From the NCBI GenBank assembly GCA_964491035.1, contig CAZBIR010000003.1:1940-65939 (forward strand): a stretch of DNA of 64,000 nucleotides, in the 5' to 3' direction. The stretch comes from an uncultured Sulfuricurvum sp. GTDB taxonomy: Bacteria > Campylobacterota > Campylobacteria > Campylobacterales > Sulfurimonadaceae. The notes under the pieces are model-generated. The model ran no database searches and was not told the origin of the DNA. It saw only the letters and a program-made list of their open reading frames with translations. Positions within the stretch are counted from its first letter, which is position 1; each line of letters begins with the position of its first letter. Below are positions 9,789 to 18,746 of the stretch, in pieces. A program made the translations under genes and the position numbers.

Positions 9789-10534
9789 TTGAAAGTCCCC
9801 TTTTCGATTGACTCGAGCAATACTCTGGCTTCTTCGGAACCGGATTGCTGATAGTACAGCTGCAGGGTCTTTTTGGCCTGTTCCGCCCGCCCGAGTTTCA
9901 TTAGTGATTTTGAGAAAAGAACCCAGCTCTCGTCGATCCGGCTGTTGATGGCGTTAGTTTTAAGGGCATAATTATGGGCTTCCGTGTAATTGCCCCGGTC
10001 ATAATAATATTTCGCGATGAAAAGGCCAAGATTCGGATTGGACGTCTCTTTGAAACGGTATTGCAACTCTTCGATTTCCAGCTTGGATTCGTTGCGGTTG
10101 ATCTGCAATGCTTTGGAAGCTGCTGAGGGGATGTTGTGTGTTTGCTGGGGCACCGGAGGTGCTGAATCGGGCATCTGAAGCACTTTTTGTGCCGGAACGC
10201 CAGCAGCGGTTATGGCCGGTTTTACCGCCGGAACAGCCGGTACGGCTGGTGTTTCCTGTGCTATGTTTTGTGCCTGGAAGGTCTGGACAAAGTTCATGGA
10301 CGGTTCCAGAACGGTTGCGTTTGTTCCCATCTCCCGTGGCGGGGCGGGCTTGTTTACCGCCGGTTGGGCGGGGGGAGTGTAAGCGGTTGCAGCCTGGGGG
10401 GACTTTTTTTCTTCGTTCCACACGATGATGCCTGTTGCCAGAGTGGCGATGAACGCCACCCCACCAATGTAGGGCAAGTAGCGCTTGATTTTGTATTTGA
10501 TCCAGCGGCGTTCCAAATCTTTGACGTCAAGCAC
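9785..10534 (-). CDS. Membrane-anchored TPR protein (CtsX/MshN-like)
   Basis: Start reassigned to GTG 10534 (VLDVKDLERRW), overlapping the upstream stop; N-terminal TM, Pro/Ala-rich linker, C-terminal TPR-like helices. Confidence 0.7.
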   Translation of the reverse strand: MLDVKDLERRWIKYKIKRYLPYIGGVAFIATLATGIIVWNEEKKSPQAATAYTPPAQPAVNKPAPPREMGTNATVLEPSMNFVQTFQAQNIAQETPAVPAVPAVKPAITAAGVPAQKVLQMPDSAPPVPQQTHNIPSAASKALQINRNESKLEIEELQYRFKETSNPNLGLFIAKYYYDRGNYTEAHNYALKTNAINSRIDESWVLFSKSLMKLGRAEQAKKTLQLYYQQSGSEEARVLLESIEKGTFK

Positions 10535-11339
10535 GCAGCAGTCCTGTATGGATCGCGGCCATTTCAATCCACTTGGGTTTGATGGCATTATAACGTATGG
10601 CTTCGGGGCGATGTTCTTCATACCAGCAATAGAGGGTGAACAGGGAAAATAAAAGTTTATTGGTTTCCCGATAGTTTCCGCGAGTGAGTGTCGTGATCAG
10701 CTTCATGTTTTTGTCATTGAACATATTTGCGACGTCAAAACAGTTTGATTTGAGGAGTTTTTTCTGGACATACACTTTTAACTCTTCGGAAGTGGCATTT
10801 TGGAGCTCGATACTTTCCCAGATGCGTGTCTGAAAATGTTCTTTGGCGATAATATCTTCTTTATCGGTTTTATGGAGCGTAATGACGAATTTTACGGCAC
10901 GTGCATCAGAAATGAGACGGATTTTCTCCATCAAGGACGGGGAATAAAGCTGGGCTTCATCGAGCAAAACGATCGGTATGTTCGGCAACGACAAAGCCTG
11001 GGCAATTTCCAGGAATCGGCTCAGCGTCATTGCTTCTCTTGGAGCATGACCGAAAATATTTTGGGCAAGAATACGCAAAAAATCCTCCTCATCCACGATC
11101 GGAGTCGCGATCATAAAGACTTTTTGATGTTTGGAAAGGTCATGATGCAGCTTATTAAGAAGCATACTCTTTCCCGTACCCGGTTTGCCGTAAAGGAGGA
11201 TCATCTTCAACGGTTTTTCGACGGAATTTTTCAACGATTGGTACATCTGCGAAACGCTGTCAATCTGGATGTAATCTTTTGCATTGACTACATCCAGGAA
11301 AAGATCACGCGGTTTTGAAAAAAGGGAATTTTCCACCAT
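10527..11339 (-). CDS. ExeA/MshM-like AAA ATPase (CtsP-like)
   Basis: Walker A GKPGTGKS, Walker B VLLDEAQ, TRGNYRETNKL; directly after the secretin. Confidence 0.85.
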   Translation of the reverse strand: MVENSLFSKPRDLFLDVVNAKDYIQIDSVSQMYQSLKNSVEKPLKMILLYGKPGTGKSMLLNKLHHDLSKHQKVFMIATPIVDEEDFLRILAQNIFGHAPREAMTLSRFLEIAQALSLPNIPIVLLDEAQLYSPSLMEKIRLISDARAVKFVITLHKTDKEDIIAKEHFQTRIWESIELQNATSEELKVYVQKKLLKSNCFDVANMFNDKNMKLITTLTRGNYRETNKLLFSLFTLYCWYEEHRPEAIRYNAIKPKWIEMAAIHTGLLRA

Positions 11340-11342
11340 TCC

Positions 11343-12923
11343 TTATTTGGTTTCCTCTTTAGCCGTCTCATCTATTTTCTGCCCGAGCCGAGTATATCCA
11401 AGATCGCCAAGTGAGAGTTTATTCGTCTCTTTTTTGACGATATGCGGTTCGATAATAATGACGATTTCTTCTGTTTTTTTACTCATTCCTTCACGTTTAA
11501 AGAGATGCCCAAGAACAGGAATATCTCCTAATAAAGGAACCTTGTTTTCATCATTGACGTTTTTAGTGTTGATCAGACCACCCATAATGACACGGTTGCC
11601 GTCCTGAACGGTAATAACTGATGAAAGCTGACGACGGCTAAGGTCCGGTGGCATAGAGCGTGTTGAGTTATCTGCGGAGAGTTGGCTAACTGTTTCGGAT
11701 ATTGATGGATTTATTCTCAGAGTAATACTTCCGTCATTGGCGATTTCAGGAGTAATATCCAGAAGAACACCGGAAAAGACGGAACTGACTACTTCTGTGG
11801 TTGCTTGTTCGCCTGTGGTCCCTCCAGCCAGCGTTGACGTATTTCTGGTTTTGTAAAAGAATTCTGTACCGGCAGTAATCAATGCAGGCTGATTGTTAAG
11901 GGTCAAAATTTTTGGATTTGAAATCGAGTAAACGTCACCCTGCGTTTTCAGAAACTTTACAACTTCATTAAGACTCCCTTTCGCACCAATTTGGAAAATC
12001 GTCTGCCCAAGAAAAGAGGGCTGAAGCGCCCCTTCAATTTCTGTGATAGGAAACATAATGTTTGTATTGCCTTCTGATTCGGCTGTAAAGGATTCAACGT
12101 TACGTGTTCTAATATGATTGAATCCGAGGTCGATATTCTGAAGTGCGTAAAGCTGTGACCAATCGATTCCGGTCGATTTGGCATCACTGAAAACAACACT
12201 GTACATTTTGACATCGATCAAAACCTGTGTCTGCATTTTCTTTTCTAGACTATCGAGATAGTCATCCAACCTTTTTAGTTGTTTTCCTGTAGCCGTTACG
12301 GTAATTAATCCGGCACTTTTGTTAATCATAGGTGATTTTGTAACATATCCATCTTCGGGACGGTTGAGTACCTGTTCAAGTTCTTTATCGAGATTAGTCC
12401 AAAACTGTACTTCGTCAGAGGAGGTGATTTTGATCCCAGATTCCGAAGAAGCATTGGCCCCGGTCGTTCCTGTCGCACCGCTGGAGCCTTCAACGGATGT
12501 ACCGCTGTTAGAGCTAAGTCTTACGTTTGTATTACCTGTTCCGGAACGTTCGGAAATGATGTAGTCAATGTTATATGTTTTCGTTTGCAGATACGAAATT
12601 TTTAGGACATTGTTCTGAAGGGTATATTGCAGATCATTCTCTTTGATGATCAAATCAAGTACTTCATTTATTGTCATGTTTTTAAGAAACGTTTTATTCA
12701 TTCCTTTTGCCAGGATTTTTTCCGCTTCCGTATCGCTAACAATGACGCTCATGCCGCACTCTTCACTCAACTGGTCAACAAATTCTCCAACCGTTGTCCC
12801 TTTCACCGAGGAAATATTGAACAGCTCATACGTACAGTCGGCATGAAGAGCCGGAGAGAGTAGGGCAGCGGTCAGACCGGATAACATTAATGCTCGTGCA
12901 TGGTGTTTGATTACGGATCTCAT
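11343..12923 (-). CDS. Outer-membrane secretin (MshL/CtsD-like)
   Basis: QVLIDVK, TGIDW, NPKILTLNNQPALI, VIMGGLI, KVPLLGDIPVLGHLFK, EIVIIIEP. Confidence 0.93.
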   Translation of the reverse strand: MRSVIKHHARALMLSGLTAALLSPALHADCTYELFNISSVKGTTVGEFVDQLSEECGMSVIVSDTEAEKILAKGMNKTFLKNMTINEVLDLIIKENDLQYTLQNNVLKISYLQTKTYNIDYIISERSGTGNTNVRLSSNSGTSVEGSSGATGTTGANASSESGIKITSSDEVQFWTNLDKELEQVLNRPEDGYVTKSPMINKSAGLITVTATGKQLKRLDDYLDSLEKKMQTQVLIDVKMYSVVFSDAKSTGIDWSQLYALQNIDLGFNHIRTRNVESFTAESEGNTNIMFPITEIEGALQPSFLGQTIFQIGAKGSLNEVVKFLKTQGDVYSISNPKILTLNNQPALITAGTEFFYKTRNTSTLAGGTTGEQATTEVVSSVFSGVLLDITPEIANDGSITLRINPSISETVSQLSADNSTRSMPPDLSRRQLSSVITVQDGNRVIMGGLINTKNVNDENKVPLLGDIPVLGHLFKREGMSKKTEEIVIIIEPHIVKKETNKLSLGDLGYTRLGQKIDETAKEETK

Positions 12924-12932
12924 GATACTTTC

Positions 12933-13436
12933 CTATTTCGTTGTGATTTTGATGTTGTTGTTTGGTTTGGTCAGAAAAAGAATTAATTTCTGCCCTTTTT
13001 TCCCCGTTAACAATACGGAACTCGGCTTGATTTCACTTACGCTATATTCCCGCACGTTTTGGCCCATTTTGTACCATTTCCCACTGATGAGTGCTGACTG
13101 GTTCATCAGCGCCATGAGCCGGAGTGGCTCTTCCACAATTTTGGGAGGCAAAGTCATACTGCTCCCCAGTTTCGGCGGAGGTAACAAGCCGTTTCCACTT
13201 TTCAGAGGGACTTCTGCTTTTTTGAGTTTCATCGGATCTTTCAATGCATTGATCAAACCATCCGCAACTCCTACCCTTGTAGGGAGGATGGCGCGGATCT
13301 GCTCATCGACCCACGCCAGCTCTTTGTCATTTTGAGGCTGGACAACAACCATCGGTTGCAGTTCTCTGGGTGCCGAAGGGATGGCTGCTTCAAGCGATAA
13401 CAACCCAAGTGTAGTGATTAGTAGAAAGGTTTTCAT
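12933..13436 (-). CDS. Pilus accessory protein (PilP/MshK-like)
   Basis: Signal peptide, DPM motif, C-terminal LMALMNQSALISGKWYKMG...IKPSSVLL beta domain; lies before the secretin; start at MKTFLL. Confidence 0.55.
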   Translation of the reverse strand: MKTFLLITTLGLLSLEAAIPSAPRELQPMVVVQPQNDKELAWVDEQIRAILPTRVGVADGLINALKDPMKLKKAEVPLKSGNGLLPPPKLGSSMTLPPKIVEEPLRLMALMNQSALISGKWYKMGQNVREYSVSEIKPSSVLLTGKKGQKLILFLTKPNNNIKITTK

Positions 13437-14068
13437 TGTCTTACAATCCCCCATACCGAGATTTTCAGATCTCCCTTGAGTTTTTCATCGGCGACCATAT
13501 TGAAACCGTGCAGATCAACGACCAGAAAACTTTGTTCAAGGGCATTTATGAATTTGAGAGTGTTCTTGTACGGCCCGTCCGATGAAATCTCGATATCCAG
13601 GACATGTCCGAAAGAGCTGTTGTCGGTTTGCAACTGATTGCCGAATTTGACAAGCTTGACATTGTAATTTCGGGCATATCGTGAGACGGAATCCAAATAA
13701 GCTCCCCATACTTTTTCATCGTAATAAAGCGAAGAAATCTGTTCCAGCTGTTTTTTGATGTAATCGTTGTATTGGATATACAACGCATGCCGCCGCTCAA
13801 TCTCGACCGTTTCCTGCTCAATCTGGGTGATTTTTTCAGGAGGGTTGGAAGCCAGGTAGCTTTTGTCGAGGTTGAGATCATTTTCCACCTTGAGCGCTTT
13901 TTCGTGGGAGACATTGAAACTGGCTTCAGAGCTCTCCCAGAAAAAAAGATAGGAGATGGCAAACAGTGAAGCGAAGATCATGACAAAAAGCATCATCTTG
14001 TCCCGTTCACTTTTCTGTCCAAGGGATTGATCTAGCGTGTAGAGGTAGTTTTCGATGTTGAATTTCAT
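13433..14068 (-). CDS. PilO/MshJ-like alignment protein
   Basis: SERDK then TM, coiled coil, GPYKNTLKFINALE; operon position. Confidence 0.65.
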   Translation of the reverse strand: MKFNIENYLYTLDQSLGQKSERDKMMLFVMIFASLFAISYLFFWESSEASFNVSHEKALKVENDLNLDKSYLASNPPEKITQIEQETVEIERRHALYIQYNDYIKKQLEQISSLYYDEKVWGAYLDSVSRYARNYNVKLVKFGNQLQTDNSSFGHVLDIEISSDGPYKNTLKFINALEQSFLVVDLHGFNMVADEKLKGDLKISVWGIVRQ

Positions 14069-15606
14069 TTGAGCACCGCCTTCAGTTCCCCGAGATAGGA
14101 TTTTTCCTCATCATTATAGGAAATAAGCTCCAGGTTAAAATCATATTTGTCCCGTTTGGCATCGGTCAAATGTTTGAGCAGTGCCGTAATGTTTTGGGTT
14201 GATGAAGAAGTCAAACCGAATGTGAACGTTTTTTGCGTTCCGTTTTCATCTTCGTTGTAGGCTGCATCTTTGAGCTGTACCCGGTATTGATTAAAACTTC
14301 GTGTAAAGTCAGCCATGATTTTGGCTTTCATCGGGTAATTGACTTTTTTATCATGGACCTGTATCAGCGTATCCTGTTTTTGTTTGTAGGCCAGCATCTG
14401 TTCATCCAGCAATGCCTGAGCGGCATTTTTATTGGCCGTTTTCAGATTGATGGTGGCTTCACGTGTCATTTTTTCGATGTGAACCTGTTCGTATTCTTTG
14501 GTCAACATTGCATGGCGCAGCTCTTCAAAATACGACAGACCCCAATAGACTCCGGGATAGAGGAGGGCAGCCGCCAGTGAAGCAGCGGTTACCATGATAA
14601 ATTTTCCGCTGTCGCGTTTGGCAAACGGAGGCGGGCGATGGAAGATAGTGAAGTTGCATTCGTATCGCTCTTCAGCTTCCATCCGTCCGTACAGATGCAT
14701 CAGCTGGTGGATCTGGTCTACCCGTGCCCCGTTGGTATTAAAGCCGTAATTGAAGTCGAACGGCACAGCTTTGATTCCCAGGTAGGTTTGGGCATATTCG
14801 TCCAGACCACTGACGCTTCCGGCGCCGGTTCCGATGAAGATTTCATCCACCTTTTTAATATCATAAGCCCGTTTTGCATAGGTCATGACATCGCTGATGT
14901 GCAAAAAAATCTCACCAAAGAGCTTGATGAGATTTTTTTGATACTCGGGGTTTGTCGTATTCAGCCCCTCTTCAACCAGCATCTGCTCAAACCCATCCAG
15001 GGATACCTGTTCGCCGAGCAGTTCGCAGAATCGCTCATGCATCTGTTTCAGGGAGAATTTGAGCGATTTGGCGTAAACGAATTCCTGCTCACTGTAAATA
15101 CAGAAAAAAGCATCGTTTTCCTGGAAATAGATAAAGCAGTGTATGTCAGAGGAGTCGATGATCTCTTTAACATAGAGTGACTTGAGCAACAGCGGAACGG
15201 GAACGATCTGATCAATATATTTGATCTCTTCGATTACATTCGCGTATTCTTGTTCCAGTGTGAGTGGATCGACGACGAAGACGTGAAAGAATCGCTCTCC
15301 TTCACTCCCCTTTGCCGGCGCCTCAAGATAACGGATATGGTATTCAATCGCCATATCCAAAGCGAGCTCTTCGTATACTTTCGTTTCTAACGCATCGTAT
15401 ACATCATCGTCGGGAATGTTTTTGCTGATTCCGACGATGGTGGAAATGAATCCTTTTGTATTTAGAAAAGAAACAGCGTATTGCTCTTTTGAAAATGAAG
15501 GAGAAGTGGTTTTGGCAATTGTGTTGAATGTACCAACGTACCAATCTCCTTTATAAGGATTGGCTGAAACGATGGTTGAATAGGTTTGCTGTTTGCTTTT
15601 ACTCAT
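14065..15606 (-). CDS. PilM/PilN-like (GspL-type) protein: cytoplasmic domain, TM, periplasmic coiled coil
   Basis: 513 aa with a single TM about two-thirds along, then coiled coil; first gene of the pilus block. Confidence 0.55.
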   Translation of the reverse strand: MSKSKQQTYSTIVSANPYKGDWYVGTFNTIAKTTSPSFSKEQYAVSFLNTKGFISTIVGISKNIPDDDVYDALETKVYEELALDMAIEYHIRYLEAPAKGSEGERFFHVFVVDPLTLEQEYANVIEEIKYIDQIVPVPLLLKSLYVKEIIDSSDIHCFIYFQENDAFFCIYSEQEFVYAKSLKFSLKQMHERFCELLGEQVSLDGFEQMLVEEGLNTTNPEYQKNLIKLFGEIFLHISDVMTYAKRAYDIKKVDEIFIGTGAGSVSGLDEYAQTYLGIKAVPFDFNYGFNTNGARVDQIHQLMHLYGRMEAEERYECNFTIFHRPPPFAKRDSGKFIMVTAASLAAALLYPGVYWGLSYFEELRHAMLTKEYEQVHIEKMTREATINLKTANKNAAQALLDEQMLAYKQKQDTLIQVHDKKVNYPMKAKIMADFTRSFNQYRVQLKDAAYNEDENGTQKTFTFGLTSSSTQNITALLKHLTDAKRDKYDFNLELISYNDEEKSYLGELKAVLK

Positions 15607-15614
15607 CCTCTATC

Positions 15615-16904
15615 CTATTTAAAATGTACAAGGACCATCCCGCAAAAACGGTTTTCCCGGTAAAACTCGATCCGATAGCTTTTTTGAAGGCTATCGACGG
15701 AGAAATTTGAATCCAGATCCTTTAGCCGTACTACCAGATTGCTTTCATCTTTGACCCCTTTTGAGGTGAACCCGATAATGTTCACCCGTATTTGGGGATC
15801 GTGATTAACAACTTTAAAATCGTCCGTTACAAAAAAATCTGTAGCCACAGCTATTGTTTTTAACTCTCCATCGGCTACGATTGATACCTTGTCAAGTTTC
15901 GGTTGATGGAAAGTATAATCCGGCGACAAAGAGCCTATTTTTCGGTTGGCGATGTAAAGATCGTAACGATGGCCGTTTTTTTGAACCGTTCCCAACGGAT
16001 GGGAAAATTTAAAATCGTTTCTATCTGATTGTAGCGGAATGAAACTTAAATTGTTTCTTAAATAATCCAATTTCAGATAGAAGGTGTTGTTTATTGTTAA
16101 ATGCCCATTTGACTCTATCAGCGCGTCAATGGCCTCCAGATGAAAAGGAAAAGAACGCTCAAACTCAATTCCCATCAGGCGCATATATGCTTCGATGGCA
16201 CGGAGCTGGTAAAAAACTTTTTGGGGTAGGGATGGGAGGTGTTTGCTGGTTTCGATGGCAAAGGCCGGTTTGTTGTGGGAAACGGCAAAAAAGGTCAGGG
16301 AATGGCGCATCGCTTCGTCGTCAAACCGGGTATTGGTATTTCGGACGTCGAACAGGTGGTGCTCTTCGATCAAGTGTTCATTCAAAGAACGGCTGATATC
16401 GGCGGCTATCGTATCCAGATTCCCAAACGGATGGTCGGCATCCAGCCGATATTGATCGATGACGCAGGTCTGCCCCCAGGCGTTGGGGTTAAAGATCGTA
16501 TTCATGTATTTTTTCCGATAAAAACCGTGCCCGTCGTGAAGATTGAGGATAAGGGCGACCTGGGGTTCGGTGATGATTCTTTGTACCTCTTTGACAATAC
16601 CCGCATCGGGATCTTTGGGATCGATGCGGGAAAACTTTCGGTTCATATCCCCGTGGATTCCGCGGTTGTTTTCACGAATACTGATACGGTTCAGATCGGG
16701 AATAATCCATAAATTTCCTTTTGTAATGCGGTAATATTGCGATAGAAGGGCCGTAGCAAAATAGCTTCCCGGTTCATTGCCGTGAATTCCTCCGATCACC
16801 AGCAGGGTGGGAGCGGGGGAAGTGCCTTGTTCTTTTTTGATAAAAGAAAAAGGGAGCGCCTGCAATAGGGAAAACGAGAGGATAAGGGGAAAGAATCGAT
16901 GCAT
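15615..16904 (-). CDS. M99/M14-like peptidoglycan DL-carboxypeptidase (Csd4/Pgp1 family)
   Basis: Signal peptide; GGIHGNEPG, GDMNRKF, LNLHDGHGFY, AWGQTCVIDQ, PAFAIETSK. Confidence 0.85.
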   Translation of the reverse strand: MHRFFPLILSFSLLQALPFSFIKKEQGTSPAPTLLVIGGIHGNEPGSYFATALLSQYYRITKGNLWIIPDLNRISIRENNRGIHGDMNRKFSRIDPKDPDAGIVKEVQRIITEPQVALILNLHDGHGFYRKKYMNTIFNPNAWGQTCVIDQYRLDADHPFGNLDTIAADISRSLNEHLIEEHHLFDVRNTNTRFDDEAMRHSLTFFAVSHNKPAFAIETSKHLPSLPQKVFYQLRAIEAYMRLMGIEFERSFPFHLEAIDALIESNGHLTINNTFYLKLDYLRNNLSFIPLQSDRNDFKFSHPLGTVQKNGHRYDLYIANRKIGSLSPDYTFHQPKLDKVSIVADGELKTIAVATDFFVTDDFKVVNHDPQIRVNIIGFTSKGVKDESNLVVRLKDLDSNFSVDSLQKSYRIEFYRENRFCGMVLVHFK

Positions 16905-16910
16905 CCGAGG

Positions 16911-17864
16911 TTATTCTTCGGTCAGGATAGAGATGCTTTTGTCTCCTTGTAAAGCAATCAGTAACGATTTTTTCCCTTCATGACGGTGGCTTTCGCTTGA
17001 ATAGACCTGGTCAAACGTGACGAGGAAAAGATTTCGTTTGTCACCGGGATAGGGGATGATATTGAGATTGTTAAACGTAATGGTTTTGTTTTCATTCTTG
17101 AGAAAAATACGTTCCTTGAAATTCTTGAAGTTCTTGAAATTCATGCCGTCGAAGCGCTTGAATGAAGGATCGTAGAAGGAGAGGTAGCTTTCCAGGTCAT
17201 TGTAGGTCCATGCGTATTTCCATTGATACAGTCCGGCGAGAATCGCTGAGTAGGAAGCCGAATCCACCGGTTTTTTAGGGGCGGAGTCGATAATTAAAAG
17301 GGTATTAGACGGATTGATACTCTGGTCAAGCTGGATCAAATCGTCGTTGTTGATTGCAATACAGCCGCGCGTGAACGATTCGCGGCTGCCGCTAAGAGGA
17401 ACGCCGTGTACCCAGATTCCCGAACCGTTTTTACCCCGGATCCGGTCATAGAGGTTGGGATAGGAGGTGACGAATGCCATTGGCCCGTAAAACGGGTCGA
17501 CATTTTTTTTCTTCTCCGTCAATGTATAGATTCCGATTGGGGTTTTCAGGTCTCCCTCGATCATTTTGTCTCCCGCATTTTTGCCCGTTAGGGCGTTGTA
17601 GCGTTTTTTAAGGGAGAACCGTTTTTGCGCGTCGGGCGTGTAGAGTTCCAGTATGTTGCGTTCTTTGGTGCAGGTGAGGAGATTGAAAGCCCTTTCGAAA
17701 TAACCGAACCGCAAATCTTTGTTGGACAGATGCGGTGACCAGTATGAGACGTTGAAAGTCTCTTTTTCAATCAGCTTTTTTCCCCCGCTTTTGTAAAATG
17801 TAACCACTTCGGATGAAAACAGGAGCGATGAAGCCAGACAGGCTATGACGACTGCTTTTACCAT
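16911..17864 (-). CDS. YkuD-domain LD-carboxypeptidase/transpeptidase (Csd6/Pgp2 family)
   Basis: GDLKTPIGIY, GSGIWVHG, TRGCIA, plus a C-terminal NTF2-like domain. Confidence 0.88.
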   Translation of the reverse strand: MVKAVVIACLASSLLFSSEVVTFYKSGGKKLIEKETFNVSYWSPHLSNKDLRFGYFERAFNLLTCTKERNILELYTPDAQKRFSLKKRYNALTGKNAGDKMIEGDLKTPIGIYTLTEKKKNVDPFYGPMAFVTSYPNLYDRIRGKNGSGIWVHGVPLSGSRESFTRGCIAINNDDLIQLDQSINPSNTLLIIDSAPKKPVDSASYSAILAGLYQWKYAWTYNDLESYLSFYDPSFKRFDGMNFKNFKNFKERIFLKNENKTITFNNLNIIPYPGDKRNLFLVTFDQVYSSESHRHEGKKSLLIALQGDKSISILTEE

Positions 17865-18736
17865 TCGTATCCCAAATCACTCAAAAATTTTTTATCGCTG
17901 CTCCACCCTTTTTTAACCGACACGAACAGGTCAAGGTAAACGGATTTTCCGGCCAGCCGCTCGATTTTCTCGCGCGCACTGCGGCCGATCCGTTTGATGG
18001 CACCGCCCCCTTTGCCGATAATGATCCCTTTTTGGGTCTCTTTTTCTACGATGATCGTGGCCCGTATCCGTTCAACGGGGCCATCCTCGTCGATTTTATC
18101 GATCATGACATCCGATTCGTACGGAATCTCATCGCTGATGTTCTCAAAGATTGCTTCACGGATGAATTCTTTGTAGATGTCACGCATCATCTCCGTCGTC
18201 AGATGGTCGGGATCGTAAAGGTAGGGTGATTCTTCCAGATGCTTGACGATCGTGTCGAGCAGGTCCTTCTTACCGACATTTTTGTTGACCGACATCGGTA
18301 TCAGGGCTTCGAAACGATCGCTGTAGCGGTTATATTCACCTATTTTTTTGAGGAGATCTCCCTGGGAGACCTGGTCGATTTTGCTCAGGACGATGATGTG
18401 CTTGCGCTTTTGGGCATTCAGTTCCAGGAATTTTTCGTAGTGGCTTGTTTTGTCTGAAGCGGGAGCAAGATAAACGATTAGGTCACAGTCTCCGATGGCC
18501 TTCAGCGCTTCTTCGAGCATGTATTGGTTGAGAAGTTTTTCGGCCTGATGCAGTCCGGGAGTATCGACGAAAATAATCTGATCGTCGCCGTGCATGACGA
18601 TTGCGTTGGAACGTCTTCGGGTAGCGTTGGCCTTTTGGCTGACCAGGGCGATCTTTTCCCCCAGAAGCCAGTTCATCAGGGTGCTTTTCCCCGCATTCGG
18701 GCGTCCTATCAGTGCGACGAATCCGGCTTTGCTCAT
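17858..18736 (-). CDS. era: GTPase Era
   Basis: MSKAGFVALIGRPNAGKSTL, DTPG, SKID, KH domain IIIGKGG; true start 18736 rather than the longer ORF. Confidence 0.96.
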   Translation of the reverse strand: MSKAGFVALIGRPNAGKSTLMNWLLGEKIALVSQKANATRRRSNAIVMHGDDQIIFVDTPGLHQAEKLLNQYMLEEALKAIGDCDLIVYLAPASDKTSHYEKFLELNAQKRKHIIVLSKIDQVSQGDLLKKIGEYNRYSDRFEALIPMSVNKNVGKKDLLDTIVKHLEESPYLYDPDHLTTEMMRDIYKEFIREAIFENISDEIPYESDVMIDKIDEDGPVERIRATIIVEKETQKGIIIGKGGGAIKRIGRSAREKIERLAGKSVYLDLFVSVKKGWSSDKKFLSDLGYEW

Positions 18737-18746
18737 TGGGTTCCTT

